From positions 70,432,001 to 70,496,000 of the forward strand of contig OX597831.1 in assembly GCA_951406725.2 (NCBI GenBank): a DNA stretch of 64,000 bases. The letters are read 5' to 3'. Source of the stretch: Octopus vulgaris. Taxonomy: Eukaryota. The position numbers and the translations under genes were made by a program. Position 1 is the first letter of the stretch, and the number at the start of each line of letters is the position of its first letter. The notes beneath the pieces were generated by a model. It was not told the origin of the DNA. It did not search any database and saw only the letters and a program-made list of their open reading frames with translations. Below are positions 42,797-55,446 of the stretch, piece by piece.

Positions 42797-42967
42797 CATA
42801 TATACGACAGGCCTCTTTCAGTTTCCGTCTACCAAATCCACTCACAAGGCATTGGTCGGCCAGGGGCTATAGCAGAAGACACTTGCCCAAGATCCCACAC
42901 AGTGGGACTGAACCAGGAACCATGTGGCTGGTTAGCAAGCTACTTACAACACAGCCACTCCTGTGCC
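42561..42967 (-). mobile_element. Full-length CORE-type SINE
   Basis: Near-identical to other young copies. Confidence 0.92.
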
Positions 42968-43119
42968 ATATATATATAAAGCTGTATAATAATATATCAT
43001 AATAATATATATTCTCTGATTTGATGCACCAATTTTAATACAAACAAATGACAAAAAAATGATGAGCTAACCCTTTAACCAATTTCAGATCAAAAGCTGT
43101 GGTCATGCTGGAGCATCAC

Positions 43120-45640
43120 CGTTGGTTTTACCACGCTTTCATTATTTGAAACCCCCTCTGATACGTGGCGTTTAGAGAATGTACGAGTTTGGTGCCGTTG
43201 CCCTCATCTATATTTCCTGCCATGAGGTAGGTTCATTGAGAACCCTTGACAAGGGGAGCTCCAGTTTCGTTTTGAAGACACCTACATACACAGAATGCTG
43301 ACTTTTCAGGCATTTGGAAGAATACTAAAGAGCTGTGGGCACTTGAAATCCAAACTGTTGCAGTATCTGGTCCTATATTTTGATGACGATGTTGGGATCC
43401 TTGGCACAGTGAAGTGGTGCCCCATTCTGCTGTTTGTGTAACTTTCAATGCCAAATTTTGGTATAAGTCCTTCTAGGATCTTCTAGATGTACATCATTGC
43501 ATATCTTTCTCACCTTCGTTCTAGGGAGTAAAGTCTTAACTTTTTCAGCCTTTCCCAGAAGCCAACATGTTGCAGTAAGATGATTTTCTTTGTGTAGCTT
43601 TGCTGCATTGCTTCAAGTTCCATTATTAATTTTACATTGTGGTGACCATATTTAGGAGCAGTAGTCAATGTGACTGAGGATATGTGTCTACCAAAGGACT
43701 ATCAGGGTTTCCAGTTCTCTCATTTTGAATGTTTAGAAGATCCATCCTGCTACCCATCTGCACTTTATTGCCAAATTAGTAATATACACTTGGAAAGATG
43801 AATCATTACTCATGCCAATGCCCACGTTACACACTGATTTTGATTCAGGGATTGCAATTCCTCCTGGGCCAGTGTATCCTGTCTACATTTTCTTCAGCTT
43901 TGTGTGCTTGTAGTAAAAGGCTTGGAATTTTCCAGCATTAAACTGCACGTTTTTGTCCTCAGCCCACTTGTTCAATGCATCCAACTCCAGTTGCACATGT
44001 GCAATATTTCCAGGATTCTGTATCCTCTGAGAGACTTTTGTGTCATCTGCATATCTAGTAAGGGTGGCTATCTGAGCAGCTGAGGGCATGTTTGTGAGGA
44101 CCACTATGAAAAGCAGCTGTATGACACTGCCCTGTGGAACACCACATACTATTTGTTTCCTTTAAGGTGGCTTCATTGGCCACCACTACCTGACTTCTAT
44201 CTTTTAGGAAGTTGTGTAGAGCCACTCTCCAAGTTTTCTCATTATGCCAAGAACATGCCATACCCTGGTCGACTTTATCAAAGGCTTTTGCAAAGTTGAG
44301 ATATATCATGTCCACGTTTGAGTTGTTGAGCAGCTGCTTTAACACCCAGTCATAATGCTGTAAGTGCTGTGTTAAGAAACTTCTACCTGGTCAAAAACTG
44401 TGCTGGGTGTCAGTCAACAAGTCATTTTCTTCAAGGAATACAATTCATTCCATCAACTTTGCTGATGTGTGAGGTCAGAGAGATAAGCCAGTAATGTTTA
44501 GCATCTGCTCTGATTCCTCCCTTGTGGAAATAACATATTATTCCCCGCTTCAATTTGTGTGGGAGCTTACCACTTGCAAAGAAGCTCTGCAAAAGAAGTG
44601 CAGTGCTTTTGCAAGGGCTCATTTGCATCTTGAGAAGGATTGCAGGGAATTCATCTGGGCCAGCAGCTGCTGAGTTTGTGCCTACCTCATTTATGGCCAG
44701 TATTACATCTTCTTTAATGTTAGTATAATTAATTATTATCACCTCTTTGATTACAGATAAAGTAGCAAAGAAATTTGCTGGTTTGTTCACATGCCTGTGT
44801 TCCAAATGGGTAGTGATCATGCTTTTGAATTGTTCATTTAGTGTTTTACATACCCTCATTGGGCTTCTTGTGGGGGAGCCATTCTTTTGGAAGAGGGACC
44901 CTATCTTGTAATGTACAGATGTTTCTTTGGCAAAGTTAAAGAAAGCTTTAGGGTTTGATATTTTCTATAATCCAAACCTCCTTATCTACTCTCTTTTCTT
45001 CATGGGATTGATGTAGTCTTTTCTCAATCTCCAAGTACAAGAAAAAATTTTTGTTCAGCTGCCACTCTTTAGATGAGGCTGGTTGGCTGTTGGGGCATAC
45101 GCTACGTCTGCATATCGTCTTTAAGAAATAGACAGTGTGCATTCTTTCCCCTTTGGTGCTTTCTATTTGTCTGCTTCCTGGGAAAGAACTTTGTTTTAGG
45201 CCCATGCAGTTTTGGTAAGGCTTCAGGTGGACAAAACAGCAGTTTGTACTGTGATCGTGCCAGCAGTTTCCTTGCAGGTAAAATCTGCATATATTTTCCT
45301 TTACACCTTGCCATTCCTTGTTTCAGAGAGCTTTTGTTTTATCATTTATAAGATTTTATTTTCTTTCTTTGTCATTCCTTTCCTTTCTTTGGCTGTCAAC
45401 TATGGGAGGTGGGGCAGGGCCAGTATCAGTGTTTCTTTCATTTGTAAGTTTCTCAGTCGTTGCTTTGGCTTTGTTCTTTTGGGGGTCTTCTGGGCCAAGG
45501 AGGCTTTTCTATTCTTCTTTTACTTTCTCCATCTTTGCTGCAATCAGTTCCCAGAATGGCATCAAGGGTGTCAATATGCGGTCTAATGAGAGCATAAGAA
45601 CAGAGGAATTCAAGTTCCCTCAGCTCTATCTGGGCTGTGA
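43120..45640 (-). mobile_element. CR1-like LINE, degenerate ORF2 and 3'UTR
   Basis: SAAAGPDEFPAILLK, LISLTSHISKV, VDMIYLNFAKAFDKVD, RYADDTKV in successive frames. Confidence 0.9.
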
Positions 45641-46241
45641 TTAAGGTGAAACTATTACTCTTAGTGCCATCATGATGATGTTGTTTGGGGCATTACTGTC
45701 AGAAATTTTCCAGGCCCACAGAAACAATTGCAGCTCCTTGATTGACTAATTTTGCAACTGAGAGGAGAGAGAGAGAGAGATAGAAAAAGAAAGAAATATG
45801 AAAGGGGAAGAGAGAACGAGAAAAATAGAGAGAAGAGAGAGAGAGAGAGATGGGAGGAGTGTATAAGTATGAACCTGCAGATATGTGTGCGTATGTATAC
45901 ACAAACATAAACTTTATAGGAAGAGAGAGGTAAAGGGAAAAGAAGCAAGGGGAAGAGAAAAGAGATTAAGAGAAACTCATACCTATATATTCATGTATAT
46001 ATACATACATACATGCACACATGAACATGTGGACATGTGTATGTGTGTGCATGAATATACCTATAAATATGTTTTATAGATATATTCATATGCATGTGCA
46101 TACATATAAAGGCTCTCACACATGCATGTAAAGGGGATTGATAGACAGAGAGGCAGAGAGACAGACAGATCAGTATAATGTATGTATAGAGAGACAAAGA
46201 TACAATGATGGGAACTGACTCAACACCGGATATGTTATGCT

Positions 46242-46546
46242 CAGGGGTTCTCAACCATTCTTTATCTATGGAACCCCATAGCCATTCAATGCTTATAGAA
46301 ACTTCATTCAAAATTCTTATTTTGCTTTTCATTCATTAACTTGTGTAGGTTGAACTATGTAAAACGTTAGAGAAAGAAACCTAATTGTATCTTGCAATGA
46401 ATAGCAAAACATACAGCTAATGCAAAATTTCTTCAGGGGCTCTTAAAATACTATTGTGGATCTCATATCTACTATTTTGTTGTATGGATCCCAGAAATCT
46501 TACATGGACCCTCAGGGGCGATATGGACCCCAATTGAGAACCACTG
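46242..46546. mobile_element. hAT (Charlie-like) MITE
   Basis: TIRs CAGGGGTTCTCAA / TTGAGAACCACTG; degenerate 8-bp TSD GTTATGCT / ATTATGAT. Confidence 0.85.
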
Positions 46547-46957
46547 ATTATGATAAAGATAAGATTATCAGCAGGAAAGACGATACTAAACTTTGTTTTT
46601 CTCACTTTGCCTCACAACTGGCTAGGTTGGAAACAAAATTGAATGAAATTCTCCACTCTTGAATACTTGGCTCCAGTGATCTGGATGTGTGTGATTTTTG
46701 ACTAAGAAAACATAAACAAAACTTCCTATTAAAGCAATTCCTGTATTTGGTATTTTGAGCAAGAAATTGCAGTCTTCGGGAGTGTAATTTCTCAGAGAAA
46801 TGAGAAATGTATGGTCAATGCAGTTAAGTCGTTTCTACTCAAACCACATTTTGAGTCAGTTTTGATATTTTGATGTCAGAAAAGTTTTCTTTATAACTGC
46901 ATACAGGCTGATCAAATTAGAAATTTTCTTTTTAAATACAGTGTCCTAGTCATGATA

Positions 46958-47360
46958 TCTTTATATATAAAAGTGAGGTTGTGTGCTGTCTGTCTCCTAC
47001 GATTTAGATTCCTAACTACTCCCACATTTTGCGGTGCAGTTTAACCAAAAGCGGGTATCTTATAGTCGTTATTCATATCGAGCCCTTCTAGGTATTAGCG
47101 TGCATCTACAATGAATCTACGATTTAAAAAAAAATTTACCATAATTTTTTTCCATTTTAATGCATATTTTTCCGCTATTATATAAGGGAAGTAACTCTCT
47201 AAAAATGTCTACGATGAGTCAACGAATTTTAAAAAAATTTACCATCATTTTTTTTCCATTTTTAATGCATTTTTTTTCTATTTTATGGCTATAACTCTCT
47301 AAAAATGCTTATATAGTTATTTCCCTTACAAACCCGAGCAACGCCAGGCGATACTGCTAG
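46958..47360 (+). mobile_element. Non-autonomous Helitron with two internal tandem units
   Basis: A|TC...CTAG|T termini, no TSD, subterminal hairpin CCCGAGCAACGCCAGG. Confidence 0.9.
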
Positions 47361-47619
47361 TATGATATATTTAAACCAGAGATCACTTCCCTTTTAGTTG
47401 CTTTGATCTAATCTGGAGGTTCTCAAATGTTTTCAGGTGCTTATTTTCAAACGTTCTAACACACCTGTGCCAGGTAAGGTAGATATGGAGAGGTACCAAA
47501 GGTCTGAAGAGAAGGTTTAGGAGAGATGAGGGTCCCAGACAGAACGAAGTTCAGTCCGGCAGGATGAAACTGGGGTCACCACGTGAGTGTATGTTATAAA
47601 TGGTTCCAATGTACAGAAG

Positions 47620-48795
47620 ACAAAGACAAGTGATGGAACAATCAGGTGTATTAGTTTGATGCTTAGGAAGAATGGAGAAGTCTTTGACATTTTAAAGTTG
47701 CATTAGTCCACAAAAAGGAATGAGATGGAAAACAAGAAAATTGCAGCAAAGTTGCATGATAGTGTTGTGAGACATGGCATGCAGGCCATCATATAACTGG
47801 TTTGGCATTCTGCTTTTATTTTTCTCTTCTGTTTTACGAATTCAATGTGCATTCAATGTGCACAGGCACATTGCATGTTCATACTTCATTTTCTGGTTCC
47901 TACACAAAATTATTTTACGGATCACAATCATCATCATCATCATCATCATCGTTTAGCGTCCGTTTTCCATGCTAGCATGGGTTAATCATCTCACAAATTT
48001 GTGTTCGTGAAGAGTTCTTCATGTTCCGAGGTTAACATGTGTGGAGGTTAACAGCTTAACATGATGGAAGAAAGAGGAAATTGGAAGAAAGAGGCCAAGT
48101 GATGAGGAGATAAGAATGACCTGGCTGAGCTGGGGTGTGCAAGTATGTATGTAAGAATAGAGTTTGTGAGTGTGTGTGTGGGGGGAACAAGCTTAAAATT
48201 ATGCGAGCCTGTGTGTATGTGTGTGTGGGAGTGTGTATAGGAGTGTGTGAGTGTGTGTGTGTGTGTATAAGTAAACCAGTGTGTGCGTTATGTGCTCCAT
48301 ATATTTATGTGTATGTATATGTGGACATGTGTATTTGCGTGGCAGTGTGAGAGATTGTAGGTAGTGTGTGTGTGTGTGCAAATGCTTGAGTGTAGCAATT
48401 AATGTGTGTTTGTGCGAGTAGTGTGTACATGTGTGTGTGTTTGTACATGATGTGTGTGTGTGGCCTTATAGTGTGCACACACAAGCTCACATAATTTTAA
48501 GCCTGCCCACACATATATACACATGCTTGCCCCATTCACATGTACACATTCACACCATTCTTACATACACGCACTTGTGCACTCCAATTCAAACTGGTCA
48601 CTGTTATCTCCCCTTCACTTGGCCTTGTCCAGTCATTTCATCCCAATGCATTGTTTCTCTATCCATTTTTTACCTCTCATCCCTTTCTGTCAAAGAGTGT
48701 AGGCTCAAAATGTCAAAACTTTTCCTTTCTTTTGGAGTATCAAACTAATACACCTGCTTGTTGTTTTCTCGCCTGTCTTCTGTACATTTGAACCA
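47620..48795. mobile_element. Inverted pair of PLE pLTR-like sequences around (TG)n/(CA)n-rich spacer
   Basis: GGTTCCAATGTACAGAAGACA...CAGGTGTATTAGTTTGAT versus ATCAAACTAATACACCTG...TGTCTTCTGTACATTTGAACC; inner arms 48092-48160 and 48555-48625; degenerate hammerhead at about 48683-48720. Confidence 0.75.
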
Positions 48796-48804
48796 TATAT
48801 ATAC

Positions 48805-48875
<71 letters not shown>

Positions 48876-49080
48876 AAATAAGAAAATGGAGAAATACATC
48901 TAAATCAATTATCAACTACCAGATAATACCCAATCACATAATTTATTAAACCACTACATATGAACACTAAGGTCAAACATATTAATATAGAACAAAACAG
49001 TGTACATGAAGGAGTAATATGGTACAATAAGTACAGTATGTATAAGAGAATATAAAAATATAAATATACATATAAACTAC

Positions 49081-49207
49081 ATCTTACAGCTGTTTCGGCC
49101 ATGCAGATATGGGTGTCTCATTTTGCTCATATTAGCCATGTGTGATAGGTCAATATGTAGTTATAAATGAGACACTTACAAAAATATCCCAAGGCCTCTT
49201 CGGAGAT
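49081..49207 (-). ncRNA. Type-I hammerhead with about 100-nt extended stem II (core CCGAAGA)
   Basis: Minus strand ATCT-CCGAAGA-GGCC...GTGTCTCATTT...AAATGAGACAC...GGCC-GAAA-CAGCTG-TA-AGAT. Confidence 0.8.
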
Positions 49208-49232
49208 TATGAAATACAAACTAAATTAACAG

Positions 49233-49610
49233 ATTAAGGTTCAGAAAATGGAGATGTAATATTAATGTAATTTATTAACTGTAAAAATTCAACATGGTCT
49301 CTTACAGCTGTTTCGATTTTGCCCAAAGAATTGAATTCCAGTGATTAAAACATTTTATTGGGCAAAATCTCGTCAGAGGAAAAGAAAATACATACGGTTA
49401 GGTAATTAGATGCTCTAGAAGAATAACATCTAATAATTTAACTGTATGTCTTTTCGATTCCTCTGATGAGATTTTGCCCGATAAAATGTTTTAATCACTA
49501 GAATTTAATTCTTTGGGCAAAAATCAAAACAGATGAAAGAGAACATGTTGAATTTTTGCAGTTAATAAATTATATTAATGCTACATCTCCATTTTCTGAA
49601 TCTTAATTTG
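49233..49610. repeat. Fold-back inverted repeat, about 180-bp arms, about 14-nt loop
   Basis: TTCAGAAAATGGAGATGTA...ATTAGATG / CATCTAAT...TACATCTCCATTTTCTGAA; the right arm carries a mutated hammerhead (CTGATGAG at 49463, GAAA changed to AAAA). Confidence 0.9.
49298..49381 (-). ncRNA. Type-I hammerhead with intact core and long stem II
   Basis: Minus strand TCCT-CTGACGA-GATTTTGCCCA...TGGGCAAAATC-GAAA-CAGCTG-TA-AGAG. Confidence 0.85.
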
Positions 49611-49909
49611 AATATTTATTTGTATGAGGAATACTATTATTCACAAAAACATAATAGGCAACAAACCAGAAATTCATCGGGTATTTTTTATCCCTTAATG
49701 AGGATATTTTACCTCTGTTTAAACTTATATATACATATGTATATATATAAACAATTGCAGCATGGAAGGTGTTTGTAAGCCATTTAAGAAACACACAAAA
49801 GCCGTTCGATTCACTTCAACATTTAAGTTTAATTTGTCAAAATTTTTTTGTCGCTTTAAGACCGCGCCCTGTTCACTGACAAAACTCCGTATGCAAGTAC
49901 ATCTCCGTA

Positions 49910-49912
49910 ATA

Positions 49913-49948
<36 letters not shown>

Positions 49949-50214
49949 TGTATGTATGTATGTATATATGTATTTATGTATGTATGTATGTTTGTATGTA
50001 TGTGCGTGTGTGTATGTATGTATGTATGTATGTATGTATGTATGTATGTATTTATGTATGTATGTATGTTTGTATGTATGTGCGTGTGTGTATGTATGTA
50101 TGTATGTATGTCTCTCTGTGTGTGTGTGTATGTATGTATGTATGTATGTATGTATGTATGTATGTTTGTATGTATGTGCGTGTGTGTATGTATGTATGTA
50201 TGTATGTATGTCTC

Positions 50215-50245
<31 letters not shown>

Positions 50246-50300
50246 ATGTGTGTGTGTGCATATATATGCACACACACATACACACACAAACACACATACG
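49910..50300. repeat. (TATG)n compound microsatellite with higher-order repeat units
   Basis: Recurring TTTGTATGTATGTGCGTGTGTG block three times. Confidence 0.95.
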
Positions 50301-51228
50301 TATTCTTGTATAAATATGTTTTGTGGCATAATGTGTAATGTTTTGCAATAAATCCATGTTGCGAATGCATGGAAGAATTGGCAGAACATGAGAGAAAGGA
50401 AGCATATATATATAATGGTAGAATAAATGTGATTACGGTAAAGAGGTGAAGAAAACGTTTTCTGGGATGGTTGAGGTGGACAGTAGCAAGAATAAGTGAT
50501 AGATTGAAAATGAGAAGAAGCCTGAGGAAGATGGAATGATGACAGAAAGAAGGTGAGCGTAGGGTGTATTGCATAGAAACAGGTCCAGTGCAGTGTTTTA
50601 TACATAGGCCCTGTGATGGGCAAGAGAAGTTGAGTGATGAAGATAGGGATTTAGATGCAGACACTTTCCTTATCATCCATCATAAAAACAAGTGACAAGT
50701 TTTATGGGAGATGATTAATGAGCTTATGAGTATGTTAAACAGTTTCTGTGGTGTGTGTCACACTTTTGTTGGCAGCTATTAACAATGTTATTAACACTTT
50801 CCATAATTATTAGCAACTCGTCATTATTTATCCCTAAATTAATATCAGTTGTATTAAGACTACACTCACTCCCATTCTATCTCCTTTCCTTGTCATAAAT
50901 ACACAACCTCCATCATGTCATTTGTATACACACAGCTCTCTGTGGGGATATTGTCAATTAAACAATTAAATGTTCTGCAGTTCCAAATTTCTCATCGCAA
51001 CCTCTCAATTATTCTTCAAATTTCTGTCACCTGTCCACATCTCAATTATATCCTGTTAATTATATTTGTACCTCTCAACTTTTATACTCTCTGTTTTAAC
51101 GATTGCTTCCATATTAGTCAAAATTATTTCCCACACTCAATTTTCCACTTTCTTGTCACAAAACCAAATGTGTGTGATATTGATATTGAATTATGCGTAA
51201 TATATTGCAAGTAATTTATTATTGCATT

Positions 51229-51628
51229 ACTCTTTTACTCTTTTACTTGTTTCAGTCATTTGACTGCAGCCATGTTGGAGCACCGCCTTTAGTCGAGCAA
51301 ATCGACCCCGGGACTTATTCTTTGTAAGCCCAGTACTTGTTCTATTGGTCTCTTTTGCCGAACCGCTAAGTGACAGGGACGTAAACACACCAGCATCGGT
51401 TGTCAAGCAATGCTAGGGGGACAAACACAGACACACAAACATACACGCACATACATATATATACATATATACGACAGGCTTCTTTCAGTTTCTGTCTACC
51501 AAATCCACTCACAAGGCTTTGGTCGGCGCGGGGCTATAGCAGAAGACACTTGCCCAAGATGCCACGCAGTGGGACTGAACCCGGAACCATGTGGTTGGTT
51601 AGCAAGCTACTTACCACACAGCCACTCC
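51229..51628 (-). mobile_element. CORE-type SINE
   Basis: Near-identical to other young copies, lacking a few 5' bases. Confidence 0.92.
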
Positions 51629-52153
51629 ATTGATGGGGATTTAAAATTAAGATAATCCTCTTTTCATCTGTTGTTTTTGTTCTGAACATAGTAAGATGAA
51701 TACAAAATAGTTTCACAGATAAAATGACTGATTGGATAGAGTATAGAGTCATCAACTAGTGGATTATAATTTGTAATTAACGGAAGACGATTTGTGCTTG
51801 TTTGGGAACAGAACACTTTGTCTCTCATTATTTCAGTTCATGTACTTCGAAGATACAAAACAATATTTTCCGTGAAATTTACCTGGAAGAGAAAACTATC
51901 TTTTTCAGGGTAAAATTTGGCAAAAAAATGACTTTACCATCAATCTTATGGACTCTTGAAATTCACTGTATGTTTAAATGTTTTTACTATTTCTTCCATT
52001 TTATTAAAATCAATGCATCATATTATAATCCTTCATATGTTTACATGATCTTATCATTCATTGAAGGTAGATTTGCCTTATGAACTCCAGGACAATGCCT
52101 CTTTCAGATACACACATACATAAAATTCAGTGTGAGACCTAAAGAAAACCTAA

Positions 52154-52450
52154 TCTTTATAAATAAAAGTGAAGTTGTGTGTCTGTCTCCTACGATTTAG
52201 ATTCCTAACTACTCCCACATTTTGCGGTGCAGTGTAACCAAAAGTGGGTATCTTATAGTCGTGATTCATATCGAGCCCTTCTGGGTATTAGCGCACGTCT
52301 ACGATGAGTCTACGATTTAAAAAAAATTTACCATCATTATTTCCCATTTTTAATGCATTTTTTGCTATTATATAAGGGAAGTGACTCTCTAAAAATGCTT
52401 ATATAGTTATTTCCCTTACAAACCCGAGCAACGCCGGGCGATACTGCTAG
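52154..52450 (+). mobile_element. Non-autonomous Helitron with one internal unit
   Basis: A|TCTTTATAAATAAAAG...CCCGAGCAACGCCGGGCGATACTGCTAG|T. Confidence 0.92.
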
Positions 52451-53414
52451 TCAGTTATAAAGTACTTTCAGTGCTTACACGCATAAAGAAAACTTTCGTG
52501 TAGCTTCAACTTATAACAAGTAAGGTGACTGGTCATGCAAGATTTAAGTTACTTAACAGACAATTGATAGCAACAGTTAGAGACATAAACCTTTGCTATC
52601 AATTGCTATAAGGTGACATCTTATCAACTTGGTAAATTAAGTTTATCTATTAGATATAGGGGAGACATATTCCCCGGAAAATCCCTTGTAGTTCCATAAA
52701 TTTTCATTCACACCATTAAAGCAAAAAAAAAAAAAACTCATTATTCAATGCAGCCTGCAACGACACATATTTTGAAACTGTCACATAATTATTTTCACCT
52801 TTTAAGGATCATTCAGTTATACAAAAATTCTTGGCATGTTAATGTAATTTCGATAGAATTTAATTACCTTTTTTTTTAAAACTTCTTCAGTTCTTCGAGA
52901 ATCCTTTGGTTTATTAGTGACAAAATTCCATAAATGATTTAATTCCTTCAACAACTTTGCAAATAGTTAGCACATTTAATTTTTTATTGTCTATTTTTTG
53001 ACAAGGAATTTTTAATTAACTTATAATTATCAGAAGAAAGTCATATGGCATCAACAGGAGACTTTATTGAGTTAAGTTATCTGTAACAGGTGCTTTAATT
53101 TCCCTCGTGGAAGGAAAGTTCTGTGACTAGTAGCAAAAAGAGAGATAAATAAATATATTGAAATCCTATTGTTGCTCATGATATCTGATGGCATTGTAAA
53201 GCTACGTTACATGTGTATCTTTACAGACATCTTTGTGCTAGATTTGATTAACTCTGAGCTGCTTTCTATGAACTAAATAAACAAAATATACAACAGCGTG
53301 GATGACAAAGAAAGTAAGCTGGTGTAATAAAATATTCATGCTGTATATAAACTTATACAAATGTGGAAGTCTACACAAACAATGACACATCTATCTATAT
53401 ATATATGTGTGTGT

Positions 53415-53455
<41 letters not shown>

Positions 53456-53501
53456 GGAGAGACAAATAGACAGACAGAAAGCTATATGTTTATATATTTA
53501 A

Positions 53502-53899
53502 CTAGCAGTATGGCCTGGCATTGCTCGGGTTTGTAAGGGAAATAACTATATAAGCATTTTTAGAGAATTATAGCCAAAAAGTAGCAAAAAAATACATTAA
53601 AAATGGAAAAAGAATGATGGTATTTTTTTTTTTAAATCGTGGACTCATCGTAGGCATTTTTAGAGAGTTACTTCCCTAATATAATTGCGAAAAAATGCAT
53701 TAAAATGGAAAAAAATGATGGTAAATTTTTTTTTAAATCGTAGACTCATCGTAGACGTGCGCTAATACCCAGAATGGTTCGATATGAATCACGACTATAA
53801 GATACCCGCTTTTGGTTAAACTGCACCGCAAAATGTGGGAGTAGTTAGGAATCTAAATCGTAGGAGACAGACACACAACTTGACTTTTATATATAAAGA
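53502..53899 (-). mobile_element. Non-autonomous Helitron with two internal units
   Basis: Reverse complement of 46958-47360, with the same TC/CTAG ends. Confidence 0.92.
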
Positions 53900-53904
53900 T
53901 AACA

Positions 53905-54240
53905 AATTGATTCAGCTCTACATTACACAAGTTTCAGGGGTGCAAATGTACATCTACATCTTCAGATGCATGGAATCAAGATAGGAAGAATTTAAATATG
54001 GCTTCCAGGCAGGAATATTTAAAGAGGGCCACCATTGGTCAGTTTGATTCAAATGATTTGTTTGATAAAATAACAAATAGTTTTATAAGTGCTACCACAT
54101 AGTGAAGGTAAGAGTATAGTGATGTCAGGAATTCAACAATATACGGTCAGGCACTCATGGGCATTGGACATTTTTGTTAGGGATATAGTGAGGGAGGTTA
54201 ATGTCAAATATAGAGCAGTCATTACAAGACTTACGAGAAA
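53905..54240 (-). mobile_element. PLE 3' remnant with hammerhead at 53919-53970
   Basis: Minus strand YFIKQ...PSLN-like GIY-YIG end, followed by TGCAT-CTGAAGA...GAAAC-TTGT-GTA-ATGTA. Confidence 0.6.
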
Positions 54241-54257
54241 GATGTAAATATTAATTA

Positions 54258-54658
54258 ACTCTTTACTCTTTTACTTGTTTCAGCCATTTGACTGCTGCCA
54301 TGCTGGAGCACCGCCTTTAGTCGAGCAAATCGACCCCAGGACTTATTCTTTGTAAGCCCAGTACTTATTCTATCGGTCTCTTTTGCCGAACCGCTAAGTG
54401 ACAGGGACGTAAACACACCAGCATCGGTTGTCAAGCAATGCTAGGGGGACAAACACACACACACAAACACACACACACATATATATACATATATACGACA
54501 GGCTTCTTTCAGTTTCCGTCTATCAAATCCACTCACAAGACATTGGTCAGCCCGGGGCTATAGCAGAAGACACTTGCCCAAGATGCCACGCAGTAGGACT
54601 GAACCCGGAACCATTTGGTTGGTAAGCAAGCTACCTACCACACAGCCACTCCTGTGCC
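54258..54658 (-). mobile_element. Full-length CORE-type SINE
   Basis: Near-identical to other young copies. Confidence 0.92.
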
Positions 54659-54794
54659 TAAAACATTTATTTTAGAAAAATGTATGTTTTTTTTTCTACT
54701 CTTTCTTGATTGAACTATGCCAAACCTAGTTAAATGAAATTAAATAAGAATGACACGTGCTTGTGATTATAAAACATAATATGTGTTACCCTCA

Positions 54795-54945
54795 TAGAGT
54801 GGTTGGTGTTAAGAAGGATATCCAACTGCAGAAACAATGTCAAAGCCGACTGGAACCTGGTACGACTCGTCAGGTTACCAGTTTTCAGTCAAACTGTCCC
54901 ACCCCTGCCAGCATGGAAAATGGACGTTAAATGATGATGATGATG
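54795..54945 (+). mobile_element. RTE-tail-sharing fragment
   Basis: GCCAGCATGGAAAATGGACGTTAAATGATGATGATGATG. Confidence 0.8.
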
Positions 54946-55148
54946 TTGTAATATATAGTATATATACATGCTGTTAATAATCGCAATTGTATGTGCATTG
55001 TAATGTACATATAGTCAATGTATCAGGCTTGTTTGAGGACATGCTGAAAAAATGTAGTCCAAATATGTCATTTAGAGAATTGAAAAATGTACTTTTCAAC
55101 AGAATTGTTAAAAAAATAAATGAACAATAAAACAGCATACAAATTAAC

Positions 55149-55274
55149 CGCATCTTCTATATATCTGCAAAAGTAATCTATAGAAGCATCTGAGTCATAA
55201 AACTTAGGCATGTTACACAACGATGATAAATGTTTTATGATAAGTACAACAGAGTCTAACAAGAAGCTCATGAA
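55149..55274 (-). CDS. Candidate host exon (unknown protein)
   Basis: CTAAC branch-like motif and CAG acceptor, weak GTTAAT donor, 126 bp open: FMSFLLDSVVLIIKHLSSLCNMPKFYDSDASIDYFCRYIEDA. Confidence 0.2.
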
Positions 55275-55446
55275 CTGTCAGATAGGGGTTAGAATGTAGA
55301 ATAAGTGTGAGAAGGATAACATTCAGAAAGTTTCCAGTATTCAAGGCATGGAATCACAGGTTCCGTTATTCTGCTCAACTCTTCCTGTTAACCTATATTT
55401 GAAGAATAAAAGAGGCTGCTGTTTCAATGTATGATAGTATCAATGC

